A stretch of 64,000 nt of DNA from Antedon mediterranea (taxonomy: Eukaryota > Animalia > Echinodermata): the NCBI RefSeq assembly GCF_964355755.1, contig NC_092671.1:21080001-21144000 (forward strand). Reading direction: 5' to 3'. Made by a program: the position numbers and the translations under genes. Of the stretch, positions 11,458-24,060 are shown in pieces. The notes beneath the pieces were generated by a model. That model was not told the origin of the DNA and ran no database searches. It saw only the letters and a list, made by a program, of their open reading frames with translations. Position 1 is the stretch's first letter; the number at the start of each line of letters is the position of its first letter.

Positions 11458-13182
11458 TAGTTATCCGCATTCAGCGGATAACTCCTTGTAACTGTCCTGT
11501 TTCATCTTTTTTTTCTGTATTCTTCTTTCTTTCTGTCATTTTTGTGCAGAGGGTATCTCTAAAACGTGTAAACATAACATTTCATAACTTTGTCAACATG
11601 TGGGCATTCACGTGCCGAAAATTTCCCTGTACTATAGTACAGGATTTTATCCAAAAACGGCCAAATTTCGACGTTTTTATTTTTCGATAAAACTGGTTAC
11701 TATAGCATAATTGACATGCGCAGAACCCATTATTCGACTCTGCGCATGTTTATTGTGCTATATTAACCATTTATGTCACAAAAAAGTTGTGCACCTGCTA
11801 TTGTGAATGACGTTGCGCAACATGACTTACGCGCGTTTTTATGAATTTTGCGTTTTTAACATAGATCGAAAACCATATAACATTTTAATTTGAAACTTAG
11901 CAAAAGTTTAATTTATGTCTTGCGCTAAGTGACTGTGGAAAAAAAATGGCATGTTTCACACGAAGTTACGCGCGCACGCGCGTTTAAAATTTCAAAATGC
12001 GAAAAATCAATTTCTAATCAACTTTCTACGCGTTTCATGTCATTTTGAGCATGTCAAAAAATTCCACGTGCCCGCAAATTTTGACGCACGTGGCGTTTTA
12101 TCATAATTTTTTCAAATGATTTATATTTTTCCAGCCTTTTCTAGTAATTAAAACAATTTCGACTTAAAATTACGTCATACGGGCACGTCGAATTGGATAA
12201 TTTAAGTGCGTTTTAGATAAAAAAGTTCAAAAATTTGTCAAAACTTGTCAAAATTATGCCTTTTTTTAAACAGTCGTAGTTTCTAAACTAAACGGTGAAA
12301 GTTGTTTTTATTACATATTCTGGAAGTTGATGAGTTGTAGATATCGGATCATACATTAATATGGCTAACCGGACATTATGACGTCATCGTATGGCCACTC
12401 GAATATAAAATATAGGATTTTTGTATCTTTTATCATAGCGCATCACATTTAATAGAGCGTATCTCCACTTATACGTTTTCCAGTTTCACCTCGATTTTGA
12501 TATTGTCTAGGTCAATCAATTATCTTCCGCATGAGTAAATAATATTTTAATTTTTATGACATCATCATGTCTAAATAAAAATGTAAATTACGTGGGTCAC
12601 TTATTTTCATCTTTACAGTAACTTTCAATCTGTTATAGCTCGTCAGAATAAAAAGCGATAATCATGATTAAAACGTTTTCTGGAAGCTATTGTATTGTAG
12701 ATACGAATTCATGTAAACATTTTTCCAATCCGACGTTTTGACGTCATCATATGGCCAGTTGATTAAAAAGAATCGTATTTTCATCTTTTGCGTCATAGTT
12801 CATCACATTTATAAGATCGCGCATCTATATTTTACGTATTCAAATTTCTTCTATACGTTAATATCTTGTTGCTGAGATAATATCCTTCCGAAATTGCTAC
12901 CTTCGCGTTTCATTTTGAAACCGTCAACATGTTAAAAATTGGAATAAATAGCGGGTCCCGTTATTTCACCTATTCTACACTGTATGTGATATGTATACAG
13001 ATTATACTGTGTACTATATGACACAAAATAACAGAATTCAGCAATAACAACATAATCATATTCTTCAGTTCAGGTCATAATGCCATAATCTTTATCAGTG
13101 TGCAATATTCCAACGTATGACGTGCATGTGGCGTTTTTCGTGCGGATAACTAACTCGTCAAAGTGACAAGTTCAAATCTAGT
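11458..13182 (+). mobile_element. Longest intact family-A Helentron-type copy (~1.7 kb); an orphan head precedes it at 11391
   Basis: Head TAGTTATCCGCATTCAGCGGATAACTCC; 3' end TGCGGATAACTAACTCGTCAAAGTGACAAGTTCAAATCTAGT; interior matches 1099-2093, 3471-4377 (rc) and 4923-5905. Confidence 0.85.
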
Positions 13183-13649
13183 TATTATTTTATTGTTCCC
13201 GGACATGATCCCATTGTATCCGTTTGTTGTTCGTATTTGTAATCTTATGAGTATGAGCATATGCCACCGATTTGAATCAAATCTTTAGTCTTTCCATATA
13301 TAAAAAGTGTACATGGAAAAATTGTTTTCCTCAACAGAAAATATGGTAAAACATTCAATTACTGTACATCATACATAGAACAAAATTACAATTAAAACCA
13401 TTCATTAAAACATCCATCAATCCCACATAAAAATAATATGTTATATTTAGGTTAAAAGTTATATTCCCATTTAAAAACCTGTAAATCTTTTAAAAAATAT
13501 ATATTGCATGTGTGATATTATGATCTAACAATCTTTGAGTTAAAAATATGCATGGAATTTGGTACAAATGACAGTCGTTTTCTTGACGTATTAGCTCTAG
13601 GAGCCAATGGCTTGTATATTAAAATCTCATATGTAATGGATGTTTCTTA

Positions 13650-14836
13650 TCTATATATAAATTTACGTAAGGGCAAAATTCGGTAAATCGCGTGTTATTT
13701 CTAGAATGTTTACTCGATGGTATATAAAGTTGGTACGTACTTTCGGTACTGATTTTAACCACCTGATGTAACCCTGTTTACTAATTAAATTAAGTTAGAT
13801 AATTAGTTATTGACGATTAAAACGAATTTAGGTTCAACGATTTGCCCCAAATAGGGTTGTTTTCCGATCGTGGTATGTCCATCTTGAAAAATACCCGCCA
13901 CAAAAATGCGAGGAGGCTTCGCATTTTCCTATCTCCTCCTACGATAATTGTTTTTATTAGCTGAAAACCGGTTGAACAGCTAGAGTACACCATCATAATG
14001 TTGAAGACAGGCCGATTTTCTTAAAAAAATACTATTTTGATATTTTAATATACGTTTATAGAAATGTATTGATTTGCAATGAATGGAACATTCCAAATTA
14101 TTGCATACCTCCATGGTTTAACACAAGTAGGTAAATTTATAGACCCTTGGAGAATAAACAGAAATAGTATTGTAATGCTATACAATACTGCAAATAGGTA
14201 TTAACCACTTTTGATCGCCATTTGAATCAAAAGTGTGTTGGTACTGTTAGATATATATAAACAAATATACTAATAAACTTTATCACTGTGCTGAGTGTGG
14301 GTAGCCCCTACTTTTAGATTATAAACACATAATAATATAATACTTTATTACCGTCAGTTGTTTCTCAACGTTTGTATTAATTAATAATTACAAAAATATA
14401 AACGTATTAGTGGTCCTCGTGGTCCTTATTAAATGTACTTTACTATTTCAATCGACCATGAGACAGTGACAGATTTAATAAAGTATTAAATCGGAAATGT
14501 TTTACTCTATTTAGTGGTATATTATTTATAGGCCTATAAAAAAAATATTTCGTTAATGATTGGATAATAAAGAAATATAAAGAATAATTTAACAAAGTTC
14601 GGTTTGTTTAAATGAGTCCAAATAATAAATGTCGACTCATTTCTAGGTGCTAATTTAGGTTGACTACATAAATCATTGTGTCTACTTATTTGTTTCTGTA
14701 AAAGACAATGTTTTATAGTCCTGCCGTACGTACATTTGAAATCGCCAGTTTTTTTACGCTGAAATTACTATGTATTCGAGAACCATCTGTGGACACGAAT
14801 TAGATGGTACGCGAGCGAAGCGAGCGTACCATCTAG
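13650..14836 (+). mobile_element. Non-autonomous Helitron
   Basis: A|TCTATATATAAATTTACG ... TAGATGGTACGC-GAGCGAAGCGA-GCGTACCATCTAG|T: perfect 12-bp stem, TC/CTAG termini, AT target. Confidence 0.85.
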
Positions 14837-16068
14837 TCTTCTAAAATTTCACTTAATTTATTTACGACCTGTTTTTCATAAAGATATTTTAAATCATTAA
14901 CCGTACAACCAATTATATTTGATGCTATCTAATTCTAATGAGACCTTGTGTGTTTCATTTAAATTACCGAACCAGGCAATGAAAGAGATAACTATTATAC
15001 TGATTGAATAACTGTTTCATAGAATAATTTCAGAAGTACTACAGCTATTAAATTTATTTAGCTTTCTGAGGAAATATAACCTTTGGTGAACTTTTTTCTC
15101 GCGTATGAAGGTTTTTTATATAATAATGGTATGCAGTATAAACGATAAAAATAAACGAGAAACATGGTGTTCTTTTATTATTATTTCATAGAAATAACAT
15201 AAACATGAAATGTCTTGTACACGGCCGAAAAAACGTGTGTGGCGTGTTTGGCATTTTATTGATTTGTGTTATAGACACGGCGATTACGGCAATCAGTGTA
15301 TACTAAATTACATTGAGTTATTCACCCGGCTATAGGGTATATATCTGAGGTTAACAGACCACCAAAGCACAGTCGTACACTAAACACATGCACTTACTAT
15401 CGAGGCATTTTCGGAGTGCCGCATTACCAAATATTCATTTCGTTGAAGTGTTTTTCGATCAATGTTTGTTTATTAGTTCGTCGAAAAAGATCCGTAGAGT
15501 ATTTAGGAAGGATTTATTTAAATTTACATTATGTGACAATGTTATTAAATGTGATGGAAGCAGTTGCTCTAGCCTATTAAACAGTGTGTAAGCATCTTTT
15601 TTTCCAAAATTTTTTTAGGCTCCCAAACCCACCCGCTGTTTTGCGCGTACATCCCCCCCCCCCCCACATTGGGCAAATCCTGGCGCCACTACTGTTAAAA
15701 ATAACTACTGAATAGATTAACAAGCACGAATGTGCGATACTCGGGGCACAGCCGGTAAAGACCGGATGTAATGTCACACATACACATCAATAACCTTGCT
15801 ACCAAATACCATCTTCGAGACGTGATATGGCTGCATCCGGTTTGAAATTCAAAAATCTATATATTTGAGGACATGCCCCTGTAGTATATTCATGCCAAAT
15901 CCCAGCTCAATACTACAACGAATAAGGGAGGAGTAGTCACACTTTTTACTCAATAGTGTCCGGATGGAAGAAGAAGAGGAAAAGATGATGTGATGTGACG
16001 TTTTTGTTATCGTATTCGTAAGGTTGCGAAACCTCCCTATTGTTTCCATTAAAATACACATTATATCT

Positions 16069-16200
16069 TTACAAAGTTGTCATAATCTGTTTTTTAAATA
16101 AAGAAATGGTTTGGTAATTTTTAAGATCATCATTAATTTCATTCCACATTTTTGCACCTATGTATGCTGATGACATAAAACATACATTATATGTAAGCAT
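16069..16200 (-). mobile_element. CR1/L2-type LINE ORF2 C-terminal scrap
   Basis: SAYIGAKMWNEINDDLKNYQTISLFKKQI matches the 'G.kLWN.LP..lk...sl..FKk.l' tail motif. Confidence 0.55.
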
Positions 16201-16597
16201 TTTAACCGACCAATCAGAACAGGGTTGACATCTTTTCTTGAACTTTGAACTTTGTTTGGGTGACATTTCCGAGCATCCCAATACTTCCGAAGACGTTGCT
16301 TCCGAAGACATACCGAAGATGGCATTCTTTGTGACGTCACAGGTCTTTTAAATAAAATCATAAAATTCACTTTTTGGCTTAAATATCTGTTTCGTATGTT
16401 TTCCAGCGTTTCCAACCCTCTTGAAACCATTCTAAGGTGTTCCATGCGATACAATGTTAAACTGTTGGCTACAACATATCTGGGGCATTTTAGGTCATTA
16501 CCTGATTTCTCCCTACGAAAGTAATAATTGATTGACCTCTCGCTTTGTTGTATGAGAGAATGTATCTGGTGGGTGAAAATCTGTGAAAATACCATAT

Positions 16598-16640
16598 GGC
16601 TCTGTGGTCTAGTGGTATGATACTCGCCCTGTAAGCGAGA
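16598..16640 (+). pseudogene. 5' half of a tRNA(Pro)-like sequence or SINE head, truncated
   Basis: GGCTCTGTGGTCTAGTGGTATGATACTCGCCCTGTAAGCGAGA resembles eukaryotic tRNA-Pro D and anticodon arms (CTCGC/GCGAG stem); no T arm follows. Confidence 0.6.
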
Positions 16641-16774
16641 CTAAAAATACGGAACTTATACCAATGAGCTATGCTTGACGCGATTATTAGATCATGTTCC
16701 GAATATGAGCACTGTTTCTATAATTTACAGTATGATTTATATAAATAATATATACAATAAAATAAAAACTTGGT

Positions 16775-16838
16775 TACTTCATGGTACAAATTTGTTTCAT
16801 ATGACCAGCTAAGCTGGCTACACTCATCAGGTGATGTA
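16775..16838 (-). ncRNA. Possible degenerate type I hammerhead ribozyme
   Basis: Minus strand: CAC-CTGATGA-GTGTAGCCAGC-TTA-GCTGGTCATAT-GAAAC-AAATTT-GTA; stem II and palindromic stem III present, stem I poor. Confidence 0.5.
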
Positions 16839-18726
16839 CAGAGATTCATGCTTTATTAGGTTTATTTGACCAATAAATATCCAGTGTATTTATAAACTGA
16901 ATATCTCATAAAAGCATTTAAAAACAATGAAAATGGGCCAAAACCAGTTGCCGAAAAACGGTTGCCAGAACATCCTTCTACAACCTGTAGGGGTTTACCT
17001 GAGCCATTATTACACATTCAGAGAACCATTGTCTTTGCTCACTCACCCTCAAATATTATCAAAATTATCTTATCATTATTAGTCTTTTAATATACTTTTG
17101 CTTGGAACTAGAAGAAAATAAAAACAAAGATTTGTTTTGATCATTTTTCTTTTGGTCACTATGTAGGTAGGTTGCCAGCGTTGTTATTGATAACATTAAT
17201 TGTGCAATCTTTCTTTATTACTGCAATTTCCTAGTTTACATGTCTCTTTTGATTTATGGCTCCATTGAAAAAAATGCTGTGTAGCAAGAAGATAGCTTTT
17301 ATTGGAAATTGTACATCATATAATTTTAGAACAATCTTAAATTTGAATGTTTAAGAGACAAGATATCAGTTAAGCTAATAATGGAAAGAGTAATATAAAA
17401 ACTGAAACTAAGTACATAAACTAATTCATCTGAATTCGAAACTGAAGCACACTTTATACTATATGTTTTTAAGTTTTGTGATGAAATTACCAAGATTAAT
17501 CAAATAATTTTACTAACAAATTTTAAAAAGCTCCTTCCCAAAAGTAACATAATGCCACCTATGTATTGTATACTAAAGTACCTACAAGTTTATAGTGAGG
17601 TCTTAAGACCACCAAATAATAAAAGATAATAGTGTCCAATTGTCATTACAGAGTGTCAAATTATTTTCTAGGTTCCTTAATTTTTCAAAGCATACAGTTT
17701 TATGCTTTCGTATAACTAATCATTTAAGTCAAACCCAACAAACAATTTTCATTGGTATACTCCATATCAAAGGTCAACATTCTATAAATGTTTTATACGC
17801 TGGTGCATTAAGTTGCGCGGCGGTCTGTAATCTTATTTTGATCATTATAAAGGCTGACTAGAGATTTTCTGTTGCTCATGAGCCTAGCAGTAATATACTT
17901 ATTAAACATGGAATATATTGATTTTTAATTCATTTTATGTATACCAGGGCGTGGTCATGGCTGTATATTAAAATTTGTATGAAGTACAAATTACGTCAGA
18001 TATTTTTTTATTTTTTTTTCTACAATTTTGTTTGGTTACGTATCTTTAAAACTTGTTGTAACCTGGTCAATATATAGAACCTTATGGGAAGTTGTGCAAC
18101 ATTATTTATGCTTAATTTATATGATTTATCATAATTTAAAAACCAAAAAACTTTTTTATTACAAATTAATAAAATTATAATTCATATCAAGTGTCACCAT
18201 CTTGTAGATTAAAGGTACAGTAATTACGTGCACATGCGCATTTAAAAATTAAATATGCTAATATCAATTTCTGATCTTCTAAACTTTTCTCATGTTTCAG
18301 ATCATTTTGACAATTTCAAAATTCAGAATTTTTTTTGCGTTTTGCATCGCGCACCACATGCAAGTATAGAAGGACCATTTTTTCCCCATGATTTATGTTC
18401 TGCATATTTTTGGTGTTCAATTCTATTAATTTTCATGAACTTCAAATGCAAAATAATGACACACATGCATGTCAATCTTAAAAATAATGCTCTTGAAAAT
18501 AGACAATTTAATGCAAATTGTGTATATATATATAATTATATAGATCTTATTTTGTCTCCCCAAACAGGTCTTTCTGTTGACTGTTGACTTTGAATTGAAC
18601 ATTCAATTAAATTTAATCAATTATCTCGCTTCTGGAAACATGAGTGATCAGTATAATATTACTGTTTACTATAATAGTTTTTCTGTTGTTATGGGTTATT
18701 ATAACATGTCTCAATTCTTAATTTAG

Positions 18727-18876
18727 GACATGATTTCAGGCTTCAGGTACAAAACAATTCGCTGGAACTTAATGGAATCAATTGAGAAACCAAAAGTTGT
18801 ACACGTTCGAACAACAGACATGCTGTCAAAGGGAAACTTGTATGGTCAAGTTACTGTAAGAATGCACACAAAACAG
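18727..18876 (+). CDS. MRPL45: Mitochondrial ribosomal protein L45 (Tim44-like domain), penultimate coding exon
   Basis: AG|...|GT exon of 150 bp: DMISGFRYKTIRWNLMESIEKPKVVHVRTTDMLSKGNLYGQVTVRMHTKQ, matching MRPL45 'YKTVRWSFVESLE...GNVYGQITVRMHTRQ'. Confidence 0.93.
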
Positions 18877-20456
18877 GTAAAACACTAAACCTATATCATT
18901 ATTATCCTTCCAAAGATTTTAAAACCCTTGTTGAGCTGTGAAATGTGCAAATCTGTGTCGACGTTCATAATCCACTAATGTGCAAATGTCGCTAAATGTA
19001 AAAATGATCAGTTTTGACATGAAATGTGCATTCTACAAATGTGCAAATAAATGTCTTCAACCAAGTAAGTTTAGGCATATAGGCCTAGTTAAAATGTTCT
19101 ACATTTATATAAAGGGCATTTTTGTGTTATGCAAGATTTAGACAATTTAGCTTTTAGAATTTTTGTGTGCAAATTGTATCAAAATACTCAATCAATGTAT
19201 TTTCATTATTGATCAAATCAAAGCTCATTGGTAAATCTGTTACATATATTTATAAAAATGAAATGCAAGTAAAAAAAATTCAATTAAAATTATATAACGT
19301 TATTGTGCAGATTCAAATTGCGCAACAACATCTTTGGGCTATGTTAAATTGTGCGTAACTTTTACATTCACATGCCTATCTCCATCTGTTATTTTTCCTG
19401 CTGTTTTTTTATTTTAAAGAAAATTATTGACGTTTTGTAATATAATGCATATTGTTTTACTTTAAAAACATTAATACAAACCAGGTCATACCTAAGTAGA
19501 TCACGTCGAATCTCCTCTCGTGGATAGTTTTAGGCCTAACCTAGCTAGGCTTAGTCCTAACCTAGCTAGGCTTAGTTTTGTAGGCATAGCTGGTAAAGTG
19601 TGAACATCCTATGCTAGCTATAAACCTAGCCTGGTATTGTCTAGTTGCTGTATTGTCTCTTTTTTTTTAGCAGAATACATTAATACAAATTGGGGAAGAT
19701 ACGACACGCTGAAAATTTTAAGGTTCTTATTTGTTTGCCTTCACAATTGATCAAAAGTTCTGCAAAAAACATTAATACAAATCAGGTCATTCCTTGTCTT
19801 AAATGTATATTTTATGGTTATTACGATAGAGAAAAACATTGCACTACCTAAGTAGATCACGTCGAATACAAATTGGGGAAGATACGACACACTGACCATT
19901 TTAAAGTTCTTCCATTCGTTTTGCCTTCACAATTGATTAAAAGTTTTGCATCACAAAAGCAACACGAAAATAATAATTTCTACGCAATGCATGCTGGTAT
20001 TTATAGTGGGCCACTTAAATTATTAAAATCAACTTATATTTCACATTTTTAATCATTATTATTATTCATTATTGAAGCCAATGTATACATTTTAAATAAA
20101 ATTGTTTGTAATTTCATCTATATTTGAATTTGCCACAGCCCCTGCGTTGTCCCCAATGTCCCTGTGTATTGATTTTCCATCTCCTGTCTACCACACTGTT
20201 TTGGTTGTTGTTTACTGTTTTCCTTACGATCAACGAATGCCTTTTGACGATCAAATCCTTGCCGATGGCTAGGCCTACTCCTATGATCTAAAAGATGTAT
20301 TGTCCCTCTGAAAAAATAATTCTTAAAAAAATTTTGTTGAATATTCCATTTTAATGTAACATAATAGTTATCTACTTTGATCAAAAATTGGATTGAAAAA
20401 AAATGTATTTACCTGTAAAAAATGTAATTTTTTTTATTTTTTATTTTTTTTTAAAA

Positions 20457-21975
20457 ACAAAACCAGAGGCATTACCTCCAACAAGCGATGCAGTGCACCA
20501 GCATATAAAAATAGCCCACTTCCAAGCACTCGTATTGAAAAAAGCTGTATCCAGCATTTGCCATCACCAACAGATTTTGGGTGGGAGCTATCTAATGGTA
20601 AACTTCAACCAGTGCTTCTGAAAAATGAAGCTATTCCTACTGCTTCGTTAGACATATAGATGTAGGTGCAAAAAGTCAAAACTACCATGTACAGCTTTAT
20701 GCTACTGTAACAACGCTAAAGATGATGGAAACTTTTGCATGAATGATCAAAACTGATGCCCTTAACATGTTCATTCCAAATTTAGCTTACGTGTTCACTT
20801 TTCTTTCAAACCTATACAATGATAATCCATCATATTGATGGCAGGTAATTTCCAAATTTCCAAATGTAGCTGACGTGTTCAAATTCTTGTTTAATTCTAT
20901 AATCATAATCCATCATATTGATGGCAGGTAATTTCCAAATTTCCGAATGTAGCTGACGTGTTCAAATTCTTTTTTTAAATCTATAATCATAATCCATCAT
21001 ATTGATGGCAGGTAATTTTCAAATGTAGCTTATGTGTTCAAATTCTTTTTTAAATCTATAATCATAATCCATCATATTGATGGCAGGTAATTTCCATATG
21101 TAGCTGACATATTCACATTAAAAAAAATCTATAATCATACTCCATCATATTGATGGCAGGTAATTTCAAATTTCAACAAATGTAACTTGCGTGTTCAATT
21201 TTTTTTTAAATCTATATAAATCATAACACATCATATTTGATGGCAGTGAATTTTATAATTTTACTAATTATTATTGTGTATAAATAATTTCATAGTTGTG
21301 CAATTATATTATATTCAGTATACAGTAGGCCTATGCTGTAGTTTAAAGGTCAATAACCATACTATCGGCCATTATTGTACAAAATGTGCCATTGGACTGG
21401 GTAGAAACACACATGTTTTAAACAATTTAAAAAGAAAAAAAAATTCACAAGACCACAATTTTCAAAGTTATATTATTATTATATTATTAAATATTATATT
21501 TGACTAATAGTTCAAAGGTCAATAGTTGTAGAATCAGCCATTTTTTGTAAAAACATTTCATTATAATAAATAAGAATATATAGTTTCTGAACAATTTGAG
21601 CCCTATTTCGTGTCTCTCCGATTATTGGTTTACTGAGATACGATAAATCCAGTTCAAAGGTCAAAATGTAAGAAATAAGACTTGCATCCATTTTTTGAGA
21701 AAATGTGTCATTAAAGTGAATATAAAAATATATATTTAAAACATTTTGACACCAAAATTAATTATCTGTGACTAGTGGTTCTCGAGATATAGGGTAATTA
21801 TAAAAAATGGCCGCCATTTTTAATTATGCAAATTCAGGGCTTAGATGGCCGAATTTCGCTTGGGATCCGCCATATTCGTAATCAGCGAGGTTGAAATATC
21901 CTAAATCAAGTGGATCCCAGCTTCTACCCAAAAATGCTTCTTGCATCATATTTCAGAGGAAATAGAACTTGTCTA
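20457..21975 (+). mobile_element. Academ-like DNA transposon 3' remnant (C-terminal coding fragment, minisatellite, right end)
   Basis: Frameshifted PEALPPTSDAVHQHIKIAHFQA...LPSPTDFGWE...CRCKKSKLPCTALCYC (tail of XPG-nuclease/Cys-rich AcademX-type proteins). The candidate end ...TTGTCTA has AAAATGGCCGCC, TTATGCAAATT and AAAGGTCAA motifs like those of the element at 33850. Confidence 0.6.
20822..21250. repeat. Minisatellite, 6 units of ~73-86 bp
   Basis: ATAATCCATCATATTGATGGCAGGTAATT core at 20822, 20905, 20989, 21064, 21137 and 21223 with mutually homologous linkers. Confidence 0.9.
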
Positions 21976-22777
21976 CATGGCCTGTGAAGCATGCATGTAC
22001 AAAGGATAGGAAGAATAGGGCCTAGTGTTGAACGACCTTGTTATCTGAGATTAATTATACAACATAGTAGGCTGATGAGAGATTTATTAATGCCCATGGG
22101 CTGAAATAACCTGTAAATTTGGTGAACTTTTTGCCTCAATTTTCTTTTAGCCTAGGGCAAAAGTGAATTGCCACACATGTGTGGCCAGCGGTTGAAATGA
22201 AATTATGCTAGGTGGCAGAAAAAATTATGCCAGATTATGCCAGACACAAATACGGCCAAAATAGCACAAAAACAACGCATCTGAGGGCGGTGAACATGTA
22301 TGTTTTATGTACCACAAAAGTCAGAAGCCAACAAAAATTATGCTAGATTTAGTACAAATTGTGCAATTTAAAAAAAAAATTATGCCAGATAATATGCTAA
22401 ATCGTGGTAAATATGCTGTAAAATTGGGTTTTTCAAATTATACCAGATTATGCTAGATTTTCTAAAATTATGCCTAGCATAAATGGCAGATGCCAGATGC
22501 CAGATGGGTCAAACTTATGCCAGATAGCATAATTATCATGACTGCATAGTGAGAATAAGCTTTCATTTTCAACCCGTCCTAACAGACCCTAGTATACTTC
22601 AGGTCATTGGTTGCTGGCGTACATCAACTTACAGTGTACTTGTGTTTGCACAAATAGCCTAATATTATATTATTTCTTTTGATCTTCAATCAGAAAGATC
22701 ATCTATAATTTATCAAAATGACAAATCAAAATCAAGTTTATTTCAAGATTTTAATAATTTTTATTTTTATTTTTCAG

Positions 22778-22987
22778 ACACTTGCTATTTATGATCGTTT
22801 TGGAAGGTTGATGATTGGTAGTGAAAGAGTTTCAAAAGACATTCTTGAATACATAGTCTTTGAAAAACACTTAGTTAATATATATGGTAGTTGGCGTATC
22901 CATGGAAAAATAATCCCGAATTGGTTGGTAAATTCACATGAACCAATTTTGAGAACACTTCTTGCAAATGAGGAAGGAAGAGTTTAA
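22778..22987 (+). CDS. MRPL45: Mitochondrial ribosomal protein L45, last coding exon
   Basis: TTTTCAG acceptor then [49 protein letters not shown]...PILRT, the conserved MRPL45 C-terminus, in phase with the previous exon. Confidence 0.95.
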   Translation, partial: TLAIYDRFGRLMIGSERVSKDILEYIVFEKHLVNIYGSWRIHGKIIPNWLVNSHEPILRTLLANEEGRV

Positions 22988-23062
22988 ATCGGTGCACACT
23001 ATGTGAAATTATTTAATTATATATTACTGACTGAATTATAAGTGACATTTGTTTAAACTAAA

Positions 23063-23068
23063 AATAAA
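23063..23068 (+). promoter_or_regulatory. Candidate MRPL45 polyadenylation signal
   Basis: AATAAA ~75 bp after the stop codon; weak evidence in AT-rich DNA. Confidence 0.35.
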
Positions 23069-23859
23069 TCAGTTACTACTAACTGCAGAGATTACTATGC
23101 ATTATTAGTTTTTTAATTTTTGAAGTTTAAGGATACATCTTATCTTCTTAAATTAAATTATGTAAACATTGAACCTTTATGACATACCATCAAGTGTTTC
23201 CATTAAATTGAATTTCTAAACTGATGTTAAGAAAGGAAAATATTATTGGGTTTTCTGTCGTAAGATAAATATTAAAGCACATTATTAAAAATGCACTTGA
23301 CGTAATTGAGGTTCTGTGGATTGCCCTGCTTGCGATAATCATGTGCACTTACTGCATTAAAAATGACAAACATAATACTATTGATGGTTGGCGTTAATGG
23401 TATGAGAGCTACACTCCTAGTTCATACAAATACTACAGATCATGCAGATTTTGGTGTATAAACGTCTTATTGGTTTAAAAAATGTCTTGAGACTGAAAAC
23501 AAACATTTGAGCTTGAAGAATCATTTTCATGAACTCAATTTCATGAAAATAAATTATTTTTCAAATGTCAGAAATTTAATATTTTGAGCAAATGTTGATC
23601 TATTGAACCATTTTCTTAATCCATGCAACATATTAAACGCAGGGGCTGGGTACTGTCTGTCTGTTATATTTGCCGAAATACCCGCTATCTGATCGAGAAA
23701 CATCATTTTTCTAGACGACCAAACACGTGTTGTATGTACAAACATATCCATCAACCAGTGTGAACTATTGCTAATCAATTAATTTCTGTTTATTTCGGAA
23801 ATATCATCCATTTTAATAAACTTATAAACAGAAATAGAAAAATCATAAACTCTAAACTT

Positions 23860-24060
23860 TAGTACAGTATATAGAATGCTTTTCCATCTCCAATACATTT
23901 TGGAGTTATGGAGCATATGTTTGCAAACACAAGCAACAAGGATGTTACCACTATTCAACATACGTTGCATGTAACCATAGGTAGATTTTCGCATCTACTC
24001 ATTAAAGGAAGGGACACCATGTTCAATAAACTTTGCACTGGCACTACTACTTTTAGAGAC
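23860..24060 (-). mobile_element. LINE 3' fragment (RTEX-like C-terminus)
   Basis: SASAKFIEHGVPSFNE*MRKSTYGYMQRMLNSGNILV...SKMYWRWKSILY resembles ORF2 C-termini of RTEX-type elements. Confidence 0.5.

Noticed and set aside
16158-16595. 145-aa minus-strand ORF
   Set aside because: No recognisable motif or splice structure; lies among TE scraps. Left unassigned.
16598-16640. Functional tRNA gene
   Set aside because: Lacks T arm, B box and 3' acceptor strand.
20822-21250. CRISPR-like array of palindromic ~29-bp repeats
   Set aside because: The 'spacers' are homologous to one another, there are no cas genes, and the context is a eukaryotic intron: a minisatellite.
22718-22777. N-terminal 20 aa of the 89-aa ORF
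   Set aside because: Intronic polypyrimidine tract; the real exon starts after the CAG at 22777.
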